45,073 bases of DNA from Candidatus Zixiibacteriota bacterium. GTDB lineage: Bacteria; Zixibacteria; MSB-5A5; GN15; FEB-12. Every line of letters starts with the position of its first letter. Position 1 is the stretch's first letter. The stretch lies in NCBI GenBank assembly GCA_046754125.1, contig JBHHVC010000001.1, forward strand, positions 1 to 45,073, in the 5' to 3' direction. A model generated the notes under the pieces. That model was not told the DNA's origin, did no database searches, and worked only from the letters and a program-made list of their open reading frames with translations. A program made the position numbers and the translations under genes. Positions 19,374 to 28,370 of this stretch are shown piece after piece.

Positions 19374-20934
19374 AGCATTGAAATTGACATTGCTGACGTT
19401 GGCCCTGTCTATCGCGCTGCTCGCCGCCGCCGGTTGTCACAAGCAAAAGATTACTACCGGTCAGGTAGTAGCCACACTCGATACGCTCGAATCACGCCTT
19501 GCCTGGCTCGAGTATCGTCTGAACGAGGAGCGCTGGAGCGACGCTGTCTATGGTTCGTCCGACTCTCTGGGTTACTTCTATGGCCTGCGACAGTATACAC
19601 TATCAAATACGACCTATTTCGACGCGCTGAATACTGGCCGGCAACTAATTGGCGACAAAGTACAACTCCGGCGTTACAACCTGATCTTCCCCGACGTTTT
19701 ACTCTCGCGCGTTGAGCACGGATCGATGGTATCCCGATTGAGAGACTCACTCATGACAGTCACCAATGGCGGTATCCGGCCGGGTCAAGGACCATACCTG
19801 ACACAAAAGAGGTCGGCGATCGAGCGAGAACGTGCATACAGGATGTGGGCGGGAGAATCTCCACAGTTGGCCGACGCATTGCAGAGGCTCCTGAGGTTGC
19901 GACATCAAGCCGCCCGACAGGCCGGATATGGCAGCTATCTGTCGGTAGCGTTTGCATCCCGGAGTATGAACTTGCAGGACTCCCGTCGACTTTTGGAAAA
20001 CCTCAATGCTCAGAGTTCACAGGCATACACTGAACTGCTCGAACGACGGCGCCTCGATCTTGGCCGCAGGGATCTGTATCCGTGGGATATGTGGGCAATT
20101 GAAGCAGATGCCGATTTGCATGTCGATTCTTTCTTCCCTGTCGATTCTCAATGGACAATTGCCCGGAAAACGCTCGACGCGATCGGATTCGATGTTGACA
20201 AGCTGCCTTTGTATGTTCAGTTCCTGGACCCCGCAGAAGGCAGGGCGACTGTCGAAGTGTTCCCAATAGTAGCTGGGGAGGATGTGCGCATTGTCTGCCG
20301 CCTGAAAGACGGCGTAGATTCATTCCGTAAGCTTATCGGAGGTCTTGGCGTCGCGCTCACCATAATAGGCGTTCGTCAGGACAACCCCCTTTATGCAAAC
20401 GCAATCGACGATGCCTGGCTTGGGGGCATGAAAGCAATTCTGGTGCGACTAACGGACCTGCCGGACTGGTTGACCGAGTTCGCGCATGTTCCACCACCAA
20501 TGGCAAAGCGGTACCTTGAGGCCAGAAATGAGGCCTTGATGACAGCGCTGCGGTATAAGCTGGCTTCAGTCACATTTCAGCTTGACGCCTACTCCAATCC
20601 GCAGCGTGACCTGGGCCAGGTCTACTGGGATATCTTCCGCAGAATTACCGATCTTACTCCTCAGGATGATTTACATCCCTGGGTAGCAGAGATGACGGTG
20701 TCAGGCCCGCCCTTGTCGGCCCTGAACAATCTGCTGGGCGATCTGATCGCCGCTCAGACAATCGATTATCTCGTGCAATCTTATGGGGACGACTTCAAGA
20801 GTACCAGGCTCAAGTCATTTCTGGAACAGAACTACTTCCGCTTCGGCGCGCGCTACGACTGGCAGGAATTACTGCGGCGCGGTACCGACCGGCCACTAGA
20901 TGGCCAAAGCTATCTATCCTTATTGCAGTCCTGA
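19363..20934 (+). CDS. Lipoprotein of unknown function; possibly a degenerate M3-peptidase-like fold without a zinc site
   Basis: Signal peptide with lipobox (LLAAAGC). 523 aa, overlapping the aroQ stop by 11 nt. No HExxH motif anywhere in the sequence. The resemblance to the oligoendopeptidase-F architecture is by eye only. Confidence 0.55.
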   Translation: MMNKALKLTLLTLALSIALLAAAGCHKQKITTGQVVATLDTLESRLAWLEYRLNEERWSDAVYGSSDSLGYFYGLRQYTLSNTTYFDALNTGRQLIGDKVQLRRYNLIFPDVLLSRVEHGSMVSRLRDSLMTVTNGGIRPGQGPYLTQKRSAIERERAYRMWAGESPQLADALQRLLRLRHQAARQAGYGSYLSVAFASRSMNLQDSRRLLENLNAQSSQAYTELLERRRLDLGRRDLYPWDMWAIEADADLHVDSFFPVDSQWTIARKTLDAIGFDVDKLPLYVQFLDPAEGRATVEVFPIVAGEDVRIVCRLKDGVDSFRKLIGGLGVALTIIGVRQDNPLYANAIDDAWLGGMKAILVRLTDLPDWLTEFAHVPPPMAKRYLEARNEALMTALRYKLASVTFQLDAYSNPQRDLGQVYWDIFRRITDLTPQDDLHPWVAEMTVSGPPLSALNNLLGDLIAAQTIDYLVQSYGDDFKSTRLKSFLEQNYFRFGARYDWQELLRRGTDRPLDGQSYLSLLQS

Positions 20935-21215
20935 CTCGCCCATCACATTCGACCCGTTCAGCCCGGTGCCCCATTTTCGTGGGCGACCTCTCTTGGTCCG
21001 CCCGACGTCCCCTCTGCCGCCCCTCCACCCAAAACCTCTTGCGCGCAACCAGAACTCGAATACCTTACACCGAATCGTCGTTCCGTACTGACGCCGTACA
21101 CTGAAGTGAAGAAGAGCTGACACTGTCTGAATCCGCACACAAGAATGTCGACCGCGTAACTAGCGGACCTATCCTGAAGACTGTCGCCTCTCTGGCCGTT
21201 CCGGTAACTCTGGGC

Positions 21216-22481
21216 ATGCTAATGGAGTTTGCGCTGTCGAGTACCGACTACTTCTGGGTCGGTAAACTCGGACCTGTCGCGCAGGACGCCGTGACCTCAT
21301 CAATGGTCGTCATTTGGACCATGTTTGCATCGATATCGATCGTCAGCGTAGGAATCACCGCTCTGGTGTCGCGATACGTGGGCGCTCGCCAATTCGACCG
21401 AGCCATTTACTATATCCGTCAGGGGCTGGGTATGGCTCTCGCTCTGGGGTTAAGCTTTTCCATTGTCGGGTTTCTTTTGACGCCAGCAATAATCAATTTC
21501 ATGGACGCATCCCCATCAACATCAGATCTGGCCGTCCCGTACCTGCGCATCTTCTTCATGTCAACAGTGTTCTTTTTCGTTGCAGAAACCGGGTATGCAA
21601 TCTTTCGGGCCTCCGGCGATACCCGTACGCCCACCAAAATCGGTGTCATGGTTGTGGTGATAAACATGCTGCTGGACCCATTGTTCATCTTCGGTCTGGG
21701 ACCACTTCCGGCTTTCGGCGTACCCGGGGCCAGTCTGGCCACAGCGATTGCAATAGCTGCAGGGGCCGCTACAACGATAGCCCTCGTCTCACGTGGCAAG
21801 CTCGGCTTTTCGGTAGAACAACTGCATCGACTTGTGCCGCATATGTCCGCAGTACGGAAGATTGCTCGCATTGGAATACCGATGGCTGGCCAGCAGTTTG
21901 TCTTTGTCTATTGGTTCCTGATTAAGATCGTACACCAGTTTGGCGAAAATGCTGCCGCTGCTATGGGAATCGGAAACAGGATGGAGTCATTTTCGTATCT
22001 CACCTGCTACGGCATCTCTGTGGCAGCGTCGACTATGGTCGGCCAAAACCTCGGCGCCAAGCAACCCGAACGGGCTTCTCGTTGCGCCTGGGGGGCCACC
22101 GGCATCGCTCTGGGACTAACAGCCCTGACATCAGTGGTTTTTCTTACCATTCCCGATCTCATAGCAACTGTCTTCACCGACAATCCGGAGGTGAAGGCAA
22201 TTGCGGTCGACTACCTTATCATTCTGGGACTCTCGCAGACAGCGATGGCAATAGAGATCGTGCTCGAGGGCGCCTTTTCAGGAGCTGGCGACACTATTCC
22301 ACCGCTGGCTATCATGCTGCCGGGCTCGGCCATCAGAGTTCCTATGGCGTATTATCTTGCTTTCGATCTTGGATGGGGGATCAACGGTGTCTGGTGGACA
22401 CTCACAATGACTTCGATTCTGAAAGCGATTCTGCTTAGTTATTGGTTCAGCCGAGGCAAATGGAAGCTGAAACAAGTATAA
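21216..22481 (+). CDS. MATE family efflux transporter (5' end unresolved)
   Basis: 12-TM-like hydrophobic ORF with MATE hallmarks (FWVGKLG, RASGDTRTP, GVPGASLAT, SGAGDTIPP). The frame is open from 21105 and encodes the conserved N-terminus RVTSGPILKTVASLAVPVTLG upstream of the first ATG, but that stretch contains no in-frame ATG, GTG or TTG. Confidence 0.8.
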   Translation: MLMEFALSSTDYFWVGKLGPVAQDAVTSSMVVIWTMFASISIVSVGITALVSRYVGARQFDRAIYYIRQGLGMALALGLSFSIVGFLLTPAIINFMDASPSTSDLAVPYLRIFFMSTVFFFVAETGYAIFRASGDTRTPTKIGVMVVVINMLLDPLFIFGLGPLPAFGVPGASLATAIAIAAGAATTIALVSRGKLGFSVEQLHRLVPHMSAVRKIARIGIPMAGQQFVFVYWFLIKIVHQFGENAAAAMGIGNRMESFSYLTCYGISVAASTMVGQNLGAKQPERASRCAWGATGIALGLTALTSVVFLTIPDLIATVFTDNPEVKAIAVDYLIILGLSQTAMAIEIVLEGAFSGAGDTIPPLAIMLPGSAIRVPMAYYLAFDLGWGINGVWWTLTMTSILKAILLSYWFSRGKWKLKQV

Positions 22482-22616
22482 GCGGATTGCACAACCCACA
22501 TAACCGGCCCACTGCCAAACCTGCCGGACATTTTCGTTGATTCCAACTTCATAGCCGGTTTAATTGCCTTCCAATGACGAGCGCACCGGCGGAATTATCG
22601 CCAGTAAGGAAACTGT

Positions 22617-23399
22617 ATGGCTGAAGATGGTTTCAGGTTTATCCGCTTTATGAGCAGCGCCGACACTAGGCCATCATACGGCCTCTTGGAGGAAGACACT
22701 GTTACACAGCTGAGCGGACCTCCCTGGGAGGCCAGCGAGCGCACATCCGACAAATTCCCTGTCGGGAGAGTGAGGCTGCAGGCTCCGGTGGAGCCATCCA
22801 AAATTGTCTGTGTCGGACTCAATTACCGCGCCCATGTCGATGCCTCCCAATCGGCCGACAAACCTCCCGACCAGCCCCTGATTTTCCTAAAGCCACCATC
22901 TTCTATCATCGGTCCGGGTGATGACATATTCTATCCGCCGGCGTCAAGCCGAGTCGACTACGAGGCAGAGTTAGGTGTTGTTATTGGGCGGACTGCCCGC
23001 AAGGTTACTATTGATTCCGCGACTGAGTACATTTTTGGGTTTACCTGCGCCAACGACGTGACCGCTCGCGACCTGCAAAAGTCGGACGGTCAGTGGTCTC
23101 GGGCCAAAGGATTCGATACTTTCTGTCCGGTTGGCCCCTGGATTGTCCGGGAGCTAGCTTGGCAGGATACGCTCATCGAGGGGATTCATAATGACGAAAT
23201 CAGGCAGTCCGGGCGAACCAGTCAGATGATCTTCTCAGTGCCCTATCTGATAAGCTTCGTTTCATCCATTATGACGCTCAATCCGGGCGATCTGCTGATC
23301 ACTGGCACTCCTGCCGGCATTGCACCAATGAAGCCGGGTGATACTGTCGAGGTACGCATCGACGGGATCGGGCGACTGGTAAACAGGGTTGCCGGGTGA
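22617..23399 (+). CDS. Fumarylacetoacetate hydrolase (FAH) family protein
   Basis: 260 aa. VGLNYRAH, DYEAELGVVIG, FTCANDVTARDLQ, KGFDTFCPVGPW and LITGTPAG motifs. Confidence 0.9.
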   Translation: MAEDGFRFIRFMSSADTRPSYGLLEEDTVTQLSGPPWEASERTSDKFPVGRVRLQAPVEPSKIVCVGLNYRAHVDASQSADKPPDQPLIFLKPPSSIIGPGDDIFYPPASSRVDYEAELGVVIGRTARKVTIDSATEYIFGFTCANDVTARDLQKSDGQWSRAKGFDTFCPVGPWIVRELAWQDTLIEGIHNDEIRQSGRTSQMIFSVPYLISFVSSIMTLNPGDLLITGTPAGIAPMKPGDTVEVRIDGIGRLVNRVAG

Positions 23400-23512
23400 G
23401 GATAGAGAGCAACCATTTCACAAGCCTTTTCAATCCTGCCCCGATCCGATTGTGTACAAGCAAGTGAGTTAGAAACTGCAGTCAATCGACGGCTGCTGCT
23501 GAGGGAGAATCG

Positions 23513-24703
23513 TTGACGAAGCGACTGTATTATACGGACTGTTACCTGCTAACCTTCGACGCGACTATTACGGCTTCCAATCAATGCCAGGATCGGTGGC
23601 ATACCCGTCTGGACCGTTCGGCGTTCTATCCCACATCTGGCGGGCAACTGCACGATGCCGGAAAACTGAATGATGTCGCTGTCATAGACGTGATTGAATC
23701 CGACAACGGCGATGTTGTGCATATCAGCGATAGCCCGGTTGGAAAAGCAGGTGATCTGATAGAGGGCGAAGTAGACCCCTTGCGGCGGCGCCGAAACCGT
23801 CAGAAACACACTGCACAGCATATATTCAGCAGGGCAGCGGTTGACCTGTACGATTTTGCAACATTGTCTGTTCATCTAGGCGAGGAGTACGCCGCAGTAG
23901 AACTGGACGCTCCAACTCTGAGCGATGAACAACTTCGTTGTCTTGAAGAAGCCTCTAACGAAATCATCCGAGATAATCAGCCGGTGACGATTCTCCAAGT
24001 CGACGCCGACAAGGCGGCACAATTGCCACTGCGACGTAAACCGGCTCGTTCCGGCAGCCTTCGCATTATCAAGATTGGAGAGCGCGAATACTCGGCCTGC
24101 GGTGGCACCCACTGTTCCTGTACAGCCGAGGTCGGCCTGTTCAAAATCATCGGCGTTGAGAAGATTCGTAAACATGTTCTGGTGAAGTTCATCTGTGGAG
24201 ATCGGGCATCTGACGACTACCGCACTCGTTTCAAAGTCACCGATCAACTCTCCCGACAGTTCACCTGCAACGCTTCAGACCTGCCAGATAAGATTAGATT
24301 GCTGTCGGCCGAGCACAAGCAACTTCGAGCCGAAGTGACAAGAACCCTCTCCGATCAGTTACCGGAGCAGGCGGATAAGTTGGCCTCGCTGGTTTTCGTG
24401 TGCGGAACCCGTCAAATCGTAGCCGCACAGGTCGACAGTCGTTTCGACAAGCTGCTGCACAAGCTGGCTTCGGAAGTTGCCTCCAGAATCGGAGGTATTG
24501 CACTACTGGCAGCAGAAGAAAGGCTGGTTCTGGCCACCAGCAAAACAACCGGACTGCACGCCGGCAATCTGGCCCGCGATTTGGCCGACAGATTTGAATT
24601 AAAGGGCGGTGGGTCGGCAACTGCGGCTCAATTGGGAGGGGCCGATTCTGCTAAACTCAACCAGTATCGGGACGCTCTGATCGAGATGGCCACTAATGTT
24701 TAA
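23513..24703 (+). CDS. alaX: Alanyl-tRNA editing protein, AlaX-L type (AlaRS editing domain plus C-terminal DHHA1-like domain)
   Basis: 396 aa. RSAFYPTSGGQLHD, HTAQHIF (HxxxH), CGGTHC and C-terminal KGGGSATAAQLGG motifs. TTG start with GGGAGA SD 4 nt upstream. Confidence 0.85.
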   Translation: MTKRLYYTDCYLLTFDATITASNQCQDRWHTRLDRSAFYPTSGGQLHDAGKLNDVAVIDVIESDNGDVVHISDSPVGKAGDLIEGEVDPLRRRRNRQKHTAQHIFSRAAVDLYDFATLSVHLGEEYAAVELDAPTLSDEQLRCLEEASNEIIRDNQPVTILQVDADKAAQLPLRRKPARSGSLRIIKIGEREYSACGGTHCSCTAEVGLFKIIGVEKIRKHVLVKFICGDRASDDYRTRFKVTDQLSRQFTCNASDLPDKIRLLSAEHKQLRAEVTRTLSDQLPEQADKLASLVFVCGTRQIVAAQVDSRFDKLLHKLASEVASRIGGIALLAAEERLVLATSKTTGLHAGNLARDLADRFELKGGGSATAAQLGGADSAKLNQYRDALIEMATNV

Positions 24704-24769
24704 GAGCCTGTTGATAAAGTTCGTAAGTGGGATTCTTGCAGGTCGGGACCCCTGTGGTTCCGACGACGC

Positions 24770-24848
24770 GGTTCTTGTGGCTGGCAAACCTTCTGGTTTG
24801 CCCCTTGACATAATCCGTAGGGCGGGTCCGTCTTCGTACCCGCCACCG
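24770..24848 (+). repeat. Intergenic structured repeat, unit A (79 bp)
   Basis: GGTTCTTGTGGCTG, then hairpin GGCAAACC-TTCT-GGTTTGCC (24783-24802), then CCTTGACAT, then a second hairpin GGCGGGT(24821-24827)/ACCCGCC(24838-24844). Homologous by eye to units B, C and D. Confidence 0.8.
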
Positions 24849-24950
24849 GGTTCTTGTGGCTGGCAGACCTCCGGTCTGCTGCTTGACATCAGTCGTTCGT
24901 GGAACGCAAGAATCCTGACAGAGGGGCGGACGAGACGTCTGCCGCCCACG
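24849..24950 (+). repeat. Intergenic structured repeat, unit B (longer variant)
   Basis: GGTTCTTGTGGCTG, then hairpin GCAGACC-TCC-GGTCTGC (24863-24879), then TGCTTGACATCAG, then an insertion, then AATCC and the GC hairpin GGGCGG(24924-24929)/CCGCCC(24942-24947). Sits immediately upstream of the lptD start. Confidence 0.8.
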
Positions 24951-24959
24951 AAATCGAGA

Positions 24960-27900
24960 TTGTCACCAATCCGTAACGCGCTGGCCCGCATAATCACAGC
25001 CGCAGCTGTTGCGGCATTGATGTTCGCCGCAAACGTTCAGGCAGGGACAAACGCGGTCGATAGCCTGAAACTTCGTCACTCGGAACAATTCGAGTTCATG
25101 ATGGTCGATGGCCATCAGGTCTTCTACGTAGTGGGCAACGTAGATTTTGAAACATCGAGCGGACACATTTACTGCGATTCGGCCGTATGGCGCAAGGGGG
25201 AGATCGTACATCTCAAAGGAACTGTCGTCGTCGATGATTCTGCCTACTATCTCTCTGCCGATTCGGTCGATTATGATATGGTCACTGGCGACGCTGTGGC
25301 AAGAGGCGAGCGCGTCGAGTTGTGGTCATACAACGATTCACTCTATGCGGTCGGACACCACGCCGACTACTCGCGGACCGATAGTTCGTTTTTCATGGAA
25401 GAGCGGCCAATACTATTCCTGAGGTATCCCGACAGCGCCAATATGATCGAAGTGATAGCGGACAGGATCGATTATGACGCTAAGGTCCGTTACGCCGAGG
25501 CGCAGGGAGATGTCAAGATAACCTCCAGGGACATCTCCACCCATTCCGGATGCGCCATCATGCATTTGAGTACAAATACTCTGGACCTGTTCGATCAACC
25601 GACAGCGACCAGCAAGAAATCCAACATCAGCGGGCAGTTGATTTCAATCCTCTATGTCGACAAAGAGCTGCGAACTATCGATGTCCTCGACTCTGCCCAC
25701 GCCGAGTTTGAAGTGCCGACGGATTCGACAGAGACATATTTTGATCGGTCCGAGCTGTCGGGTCGCAGAATAATTCTGAGTTTTGTCGACGGCAACTTCG
25801 ACAACGTACTCTGCTACGGTCAAGCGTACTCATGGTACTACCCGTCCCCCAGGGGAGGCATCAAAACTGAAGAGAACACTGTCTCCGGTGATACCGTGCA
25901 TTTGCAGTTCGATCGGAGCGAGCTGTCGGCGGTGAAGGTAAACGGCGGAGCGGTCGGCATATATGTGACCACAAAAAAGTCAGTCTCCGATACCTCTTTC
26001 GTATCCCAGGTCGATACTGTCGATTACAAGTCCGAGTTTATCGACTACCGACTTCGCGATTCGGTTATAACTTTGACCAATGCGGCCGAGGTAACCTCCG
26101 GTGCAGCCTCGCTTAAAGCCCATCAGGTCCTCTTCGATACTCAGGAGCGTACCATTGAAGCGCTATCGGCAAAACTGGTATCAGACAGCGCCGCTCCGAA
26201 GGGAGAATTCGCGTCCAAGTTGCAGCCGAACGATATACCGGTACGGCTCCAGGACGGCAGCGATGTCATTCTGGGTGACTACCTGATCTATTCCATAGAC
26301 AGCGAAAAAGGAAGACTCGTCCAGACGAAATCCGACTACCAGGAAGGCGTCTACTATGGAGAGCGGCTGTACCGGGAACAAAAGGACATTTTCTACATCG
26401 ATGACGGACGTTACACCACATGCAGCAACGAGGAGCCACATTTCCACTTTCACTCGAACAACATGAAATTGATCGAGGGCGAAAAACTGATCGCCAAACC
26501 GGTAGTGTTCTACATCGAACGCCTGCCCATTCTGGCCCTGCCCTTCTACGTGTTTCCGCTCAAGAAGGGCAGGCACTCCGGGATTCTGCCCTTCCAGTTT
26601 GGCAAGTTTCAACGGGGTGATCGCTACGTGCAAAACGTCGGCTACTACTGGGCCGCGTCAGAATACTGGGATTTGCAAACATCGTTTGACTACTACGAGG
26701 TGCGCCGATCGCTGTCTTTCAATTCGGCCCTTCGCTTTAAGTCGCGATATCGCTTTGACGGCTCCATGAGCGGCAGCTATACACGCGAGACCAGTTTCAA
26801 CAGTAGTCAGGCAGTGGAATCAAACCGCAATCGCTGGGTTCTCAATGGTGCCTACAACCACACCGTAACGCCATCGTTTACTGTCAGAGCCTCGGGGCAC
26901 TTTCAGTCGGACAAAACATACTATCAGGACTTTTCGCAAAACCTGGACGATCGACTCAATCGCAACATCCGGTCCCAGGTATCGTTCAATAAGAAATTCG
27001 GCAGAAAGACATCCATTTCCGGCAAACTCATTCACGATGTAAACCTCGACACAGAATCGCGCACCGACCAGTTGCCGGTCTCGGTCTCGCTCCCCACAAT
27101 CTGGCCGTTTGGAAGCAGCAGCACTGACGAGAACGGGACAACAGTAACAAAATGGTACCAGTCGACAACCTTTCGTTACTCCCCAGGCATAACCAACTTC
27201 TCGAGCAGAGTGACGCAAGACTCGACCATTACCGACACGATTTCAGGCCTGACCGACACTGTCTCCTGGCGCAGCCGAAAGAAATACTCAAAGATAACCC
27301 ATAACCCGGCCATCACGCTGCCACGGATAACGCTGTTGAAGTACTTCAATTTTACGCCGCGCTTCAGCTACAGCGAGACATGGTATAAGATCTATCAGAC
27401 AGACCAGTCCGACGATGCGGGCATTGATGCCTCTACTACCTACCGCACGTTTTCCTACAATGGCGGTATCTCGGCCACCACCAAGCTCTATGGGACGCTC
27501 TCGCCGAACCTGTTCGGGCTGAGCGGGATTCGCCATGTCATCACGCCGACTGCAAACTACTCATGGTCGCCCGAATTTGATCGACATAAAGATATCCAGA
27601 GCTTTGCAGGCGGTGGGAACCGAAAGGGCAAAAGCTCGATACTTTCAGCCTCGCTGAGCCACCTATTTCAGGCTAAGATCAAGAATGGAGAGAGCGAGAA
27701 AACCCTCGATTTGTTTTCGGTGACCTCCTCCTTCAGCTACAATTTCGAGGACAAAGATAGCCCATTTTCGGATTTGGCGACATCTTTTCGCTCTGACGTA
27801 CTGCCGAAAATTCATCTGGACGGAAGTGTGAATCACACTTTTTACGATCCGGACCAGCCCGGTGAGAATGTCCTTAACTTCTGGTCTCCCTGGCTGACCT

Positions 27901-28370
27901 CCTTTCGGGTCAACGCCCGGATGACCCTGGCCGGGAAGTCATCCATTTTTGACAGCCCCGCTGTTCCCTATACTCCGTCTGGTGATTCGACAGATGGCTC
28001 CGCTACAGATGTTGCGCCGGTGAGAGGCGGGCGCGGGTGGAATCTGTCGCTTGTCTACAGCTATGCCGAATCCGGACGTAGAGAATCATGGAATAAGACC
28101 AGCACGCTCAGGGCCACTCTCACATTCAATCTAACCCCCACGACTTCGATCCGATATAACCAGCAATATGACATTGCTAACAGCAACACCGTTAATAATT
28201 CAGTTGATATTACTCGCACAATTCATTGCTGGACAGGCAATATCCACTGGATTCCGACTGGGTCAAATGCTGGCTTTGGCTTTCGCCTCAATGTTACGGC
28301 TCTACCGGAAATCAAACTGGACAACAACTACGATTCCTTCGTGAGCGGCCTCACCGACCGCTATAGATAA
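24960..28370 (+). CDS. lptD: LPS-assembly outer-membrane protein LptD (giant, LptD_2/OstA-like)
   Basis: Start proposed at TTG 24960, giving signal peptide MSPIRNALARIITAAAVAALMFAANVQA/G. N-terminal OstA-like repeats. FYIERLPILALPFYVFPLKKGRHSGILPFQFG resembles the LptD SGFLxP motif. Long beta-rich C-terminal barrel. The ORF-track start at 24696 would translate the repeat array. Confidence 0.75.
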   Translation: MSPIRNALARIITAAAVAALMFAANVQAGTNAVDSLKLRHSEQFEFMMVDGHQVFYVVGNVDFETSSGHIYCDSAVWRKGEIVHLKGTVVVDDSAYYLSADSVDYDMVTGDAVARGERVELWSYNDSLYAVGHHADYSRTDSSFFMEERPILFLRYPDSANMIEVIADRIDYDAKVRYAEAQGDVKITSRDISTHSGCAIMHLSTNTLDLFDQPTATSKKSNISGQLISILYVDKELRTIDVLDSAHAEFEVPTDSTETYFDRSELSGRRIILSFVDGNFDNVLCYGQAYSWYYPSPRGGIKTEENTVSGDTVHLQFDRSELSAVKVNGGAVGIYVTTKKSVSDTSFVSQVDTVDYKSEFIDYRLRDSVITLTNAAEVTSGAASLKAHQVLFDTQERTIEALSAKLVSDSAAPKGEFASKLQPNDIPVRLQDGSDVILGDYLIYSIDSEKGRLVQTKSDYQEGVYYGERLYREQKDIFYIDDGRYTTCSNEEPHFHFHSNNMKLIEGEKLIAKPVVFYIERLPILALPFYVFPLKKGRHSGILPFQFGKFQRGDRYVQNVGYYWAASEYWDLQTSFDYYEVRRSLSFNSALRFKSRYRFDGSMSGSYTRETSFNSSQAVESNRNRWVLNGAYNHTVTPSFTVRASGHFQSDKTYYQDFSQNLDDRLNRNIRSQVSFNKKFGRKTSISGKLIHDVNLDTESRTDQLPVSVSLPTIWPFGSSSTDENGTTVTKWYQSTTFRYSPGITNFSSRVTQDSTITDTISGLTDTVSWRSRKKYSKITHNPAITLPRITLLKYFNFTPRFSYSETWYKIYQTDQSDDAGIDASTTYRTFSYNGGISATTKLYGTLSPNLFGLSGIRHVITPTANYSWSPEFDRHKDIQSFAGGGNRKGKSSILSASLSHLFQAKIKNGESEKTLDLFSVTSSFSYNFEDKDSPFSDLATSFRSDVLPKIHLDGSVNHTFYDPDQPGENVLNFWSPWLTSFRVNARMTLAGKSSIFDSPAVPYTPSGDSTDGSATDVAPVRGGRGWNLSLVYSYAESGRRESWNKTSTLRATLTFNLTPTTSIRYNQQYDIANSNTVNNSVDITRTIHCWTGNIHWIPTGSNAGFGFRLNVTALPEIKLDNNYDSFVSGLTDRYR

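Noticed and set aside
22504-22535. Hairpin CCGGC-N14-GCCGG followed by ACATTTTCG after the MATE gene, as a possible terminator
   Set aside because: A 5-bp stem with a 14-nt loop and an interrupted T-run is not distinguishable from chance.
24781-24885. Sigma-54 (-24/-12) or sigma-70 promoter reading of the CTGGCA...TTGC and TTGACAT parts of the repeats
   Set aside because: The TGGCA to TTGC spacing is about 10 nt, where sigma-54 requires about 5. No acceptable -10 hexamer lies 16-18 nt downstream of either TTGACA.
24696-24959. ORF-track N-terminal 88 codons of the 1224-aa LptD ORF (MFKSLLIKFVSG...)
   Set aside because: The stretch is made of tandem hairpin repeats and has a low-complexity, non-protein-like translation (PPPGSCGWQTSG). 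A good signal peptide only appears after TTG 24960. I treat it as intergenic.
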